Shown: positions 62,726 to 64,000 of the stretch, one piece after another
Position numbering within the stretch: position 1 is the stretch's first letter
Layout: every line of letters starts with the position of its first letter
Assembly: GCA_036172245.1 (NCBI GenBank)
Contig: JAYWIR010000002.1
Span: forward strand, 3,844,001 to 3,908,000
Origin: Raillietiella orientalis
Taxonomy: Eukaryota
Reading direction: 5' to 3'
DNA: 64,000 nt
Made by a program: the position numbers and the translations under genes
The notes under the pieces: model-generated
What the model saw: only the letters and a program-made list of their open reading frames with translations
Told to the model about the DNA's origin: nothing
Database searches by the model: none

Positions 62726-64000
62726 GTAAGGCTTCACTTATTTAATTTCATTTTATTATCAGACGATACATTCTTCATAATTTAGATTTATCTTTCATAC
62801 AATCAAAAGAAATAGCTCTTTCAGTCTTTCTTTGACTCTTAACATTTAATTTGCTCCCCAATTTCAACACTCACACTGAATTTGAAATACATGCTAAGAA
62901 AGATGTTAAGCCTTTAGGTAATTTATATTCCTAAGAGGTTTCTGCTAATAGAAGACAAAAGAGTTTGCAAATTTCTCGGTGGAATTTGGAATTAGCATAA
63001 GATTTAAATATAATAAAATCTTCCTTTATATTGTCATTTCGATACGATTGTATATTCTTTACATATTGGAACAGATGGATTAATAAATAGTAGTTAAACA
63101 AAATGATTGTTGTACTTTGTGATGAAATACGAATCGGTGTTTCATTATTCCTGATTTTTTCCATTGTGCTTGCATAGATAAAACCCGGAAATGTAAATAA
63201 GATTCAGTTCCAAGATTTAATTTTCACTTGTGTGAATTTTAATGATACCTTTCAAAGAATAATGATTCAGGATTTAAAAGCGTACTGTTTGTGATTGAGA
63301 AGTCCAAGATTTCTGATAGGAAAAATGACACAAAGCGATAACTGTGTTCATTTTTTCAATAAACAGTGAAAATCATTTGCATATCCTTAGGGTGCTAAAG
63401 AGTTCTTGCTATTATTTTCGGTCAGGATACTTTTCTTTCTTTCTTTCTTTTTTTTGCAATTTTCCTTATTGACTGTGTGTTAATTAACTTCCGTTCAGTC
63501 CAGCAAATAAGTCCCTCTGATTTGGCTTCGGTCTTCGTCTCTTCATCCACTTGGTGACGATGAAAGTGTCCGTTTGCCCGTCGACTTTTGGCTCATTCGA
63601 ATCGAGTCCGAAAATGTCAACCGTTTGCGACGCGTGAAAGTATCTCGCTAATGAAATCTTGTAATTAAAAAAATAGGTTCCTATGTGCTCTTGTGGTGCC
63701 ACCTGAGGTAAGCTCACGGGTCATTCAGTATCTTGCGAAAGTACGAAACCACGCGTCGTGTTTTCTGAAACAGTAAGTTGCAGCGTGGATCTTTTTGCTT
63801 CCTTGGACGTACGGTGCTCCCTTTGCTGACAGGCGTTTCCCGGAACCCAGGTCGAGTTTTTCCTTCTTCGTACTTGGCATGCCTGCACGAGTTTTATTTT
63901 CGGTTTCGCGCTCTTGCCCCCCCCCCCCCCCCCCTCCCTCGGTGCATGTGGTCCTTGACGCTGCGCAAAAGAACGGGGAGTGCATTCGTTCTTTCGACGG

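Overview
Eukaryotic, invertebrate-type genomic DNA with many short introns; the VGAT protein looks arthropod-like, but the taxon cannot be fixed from this window. Host genes are TRMT6 (two copies), POLR3F, MTHFD1 (C1-THF synthase), VGAT/SLC32A1 and the 5' part of GNMT. The largest structure is a ~6.4-kb near-identical inverted duplication (2949-9386 / 17985-24421) carrying TRMT6, with both junctions inside inverted homologous repeats. The GC-rich blocks are dominated by decayed L1/Tx1-like non-LTR retrotransposons. These end not in poly(A) but in a conserved AATAAA + CCCGG/CCGGG hairpin, create 7-18 bp target-site duplications, and are repeatedly nested inside one another and inside a second, unclassified dispersed repeat ('family B'). 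Other oddities: three glycines missing from the FTHFS signature of MTHFD1, a 51-bp palindrome, a stray copy of a POLR3F exon fragment, a GC-AG intron, a 19-bp minisatellite with higher-order structure, and a CpG-decay pattern suggesting gene-body methylation. All comparisons were made by eye; repeat boundaries without TSDs are approximate.
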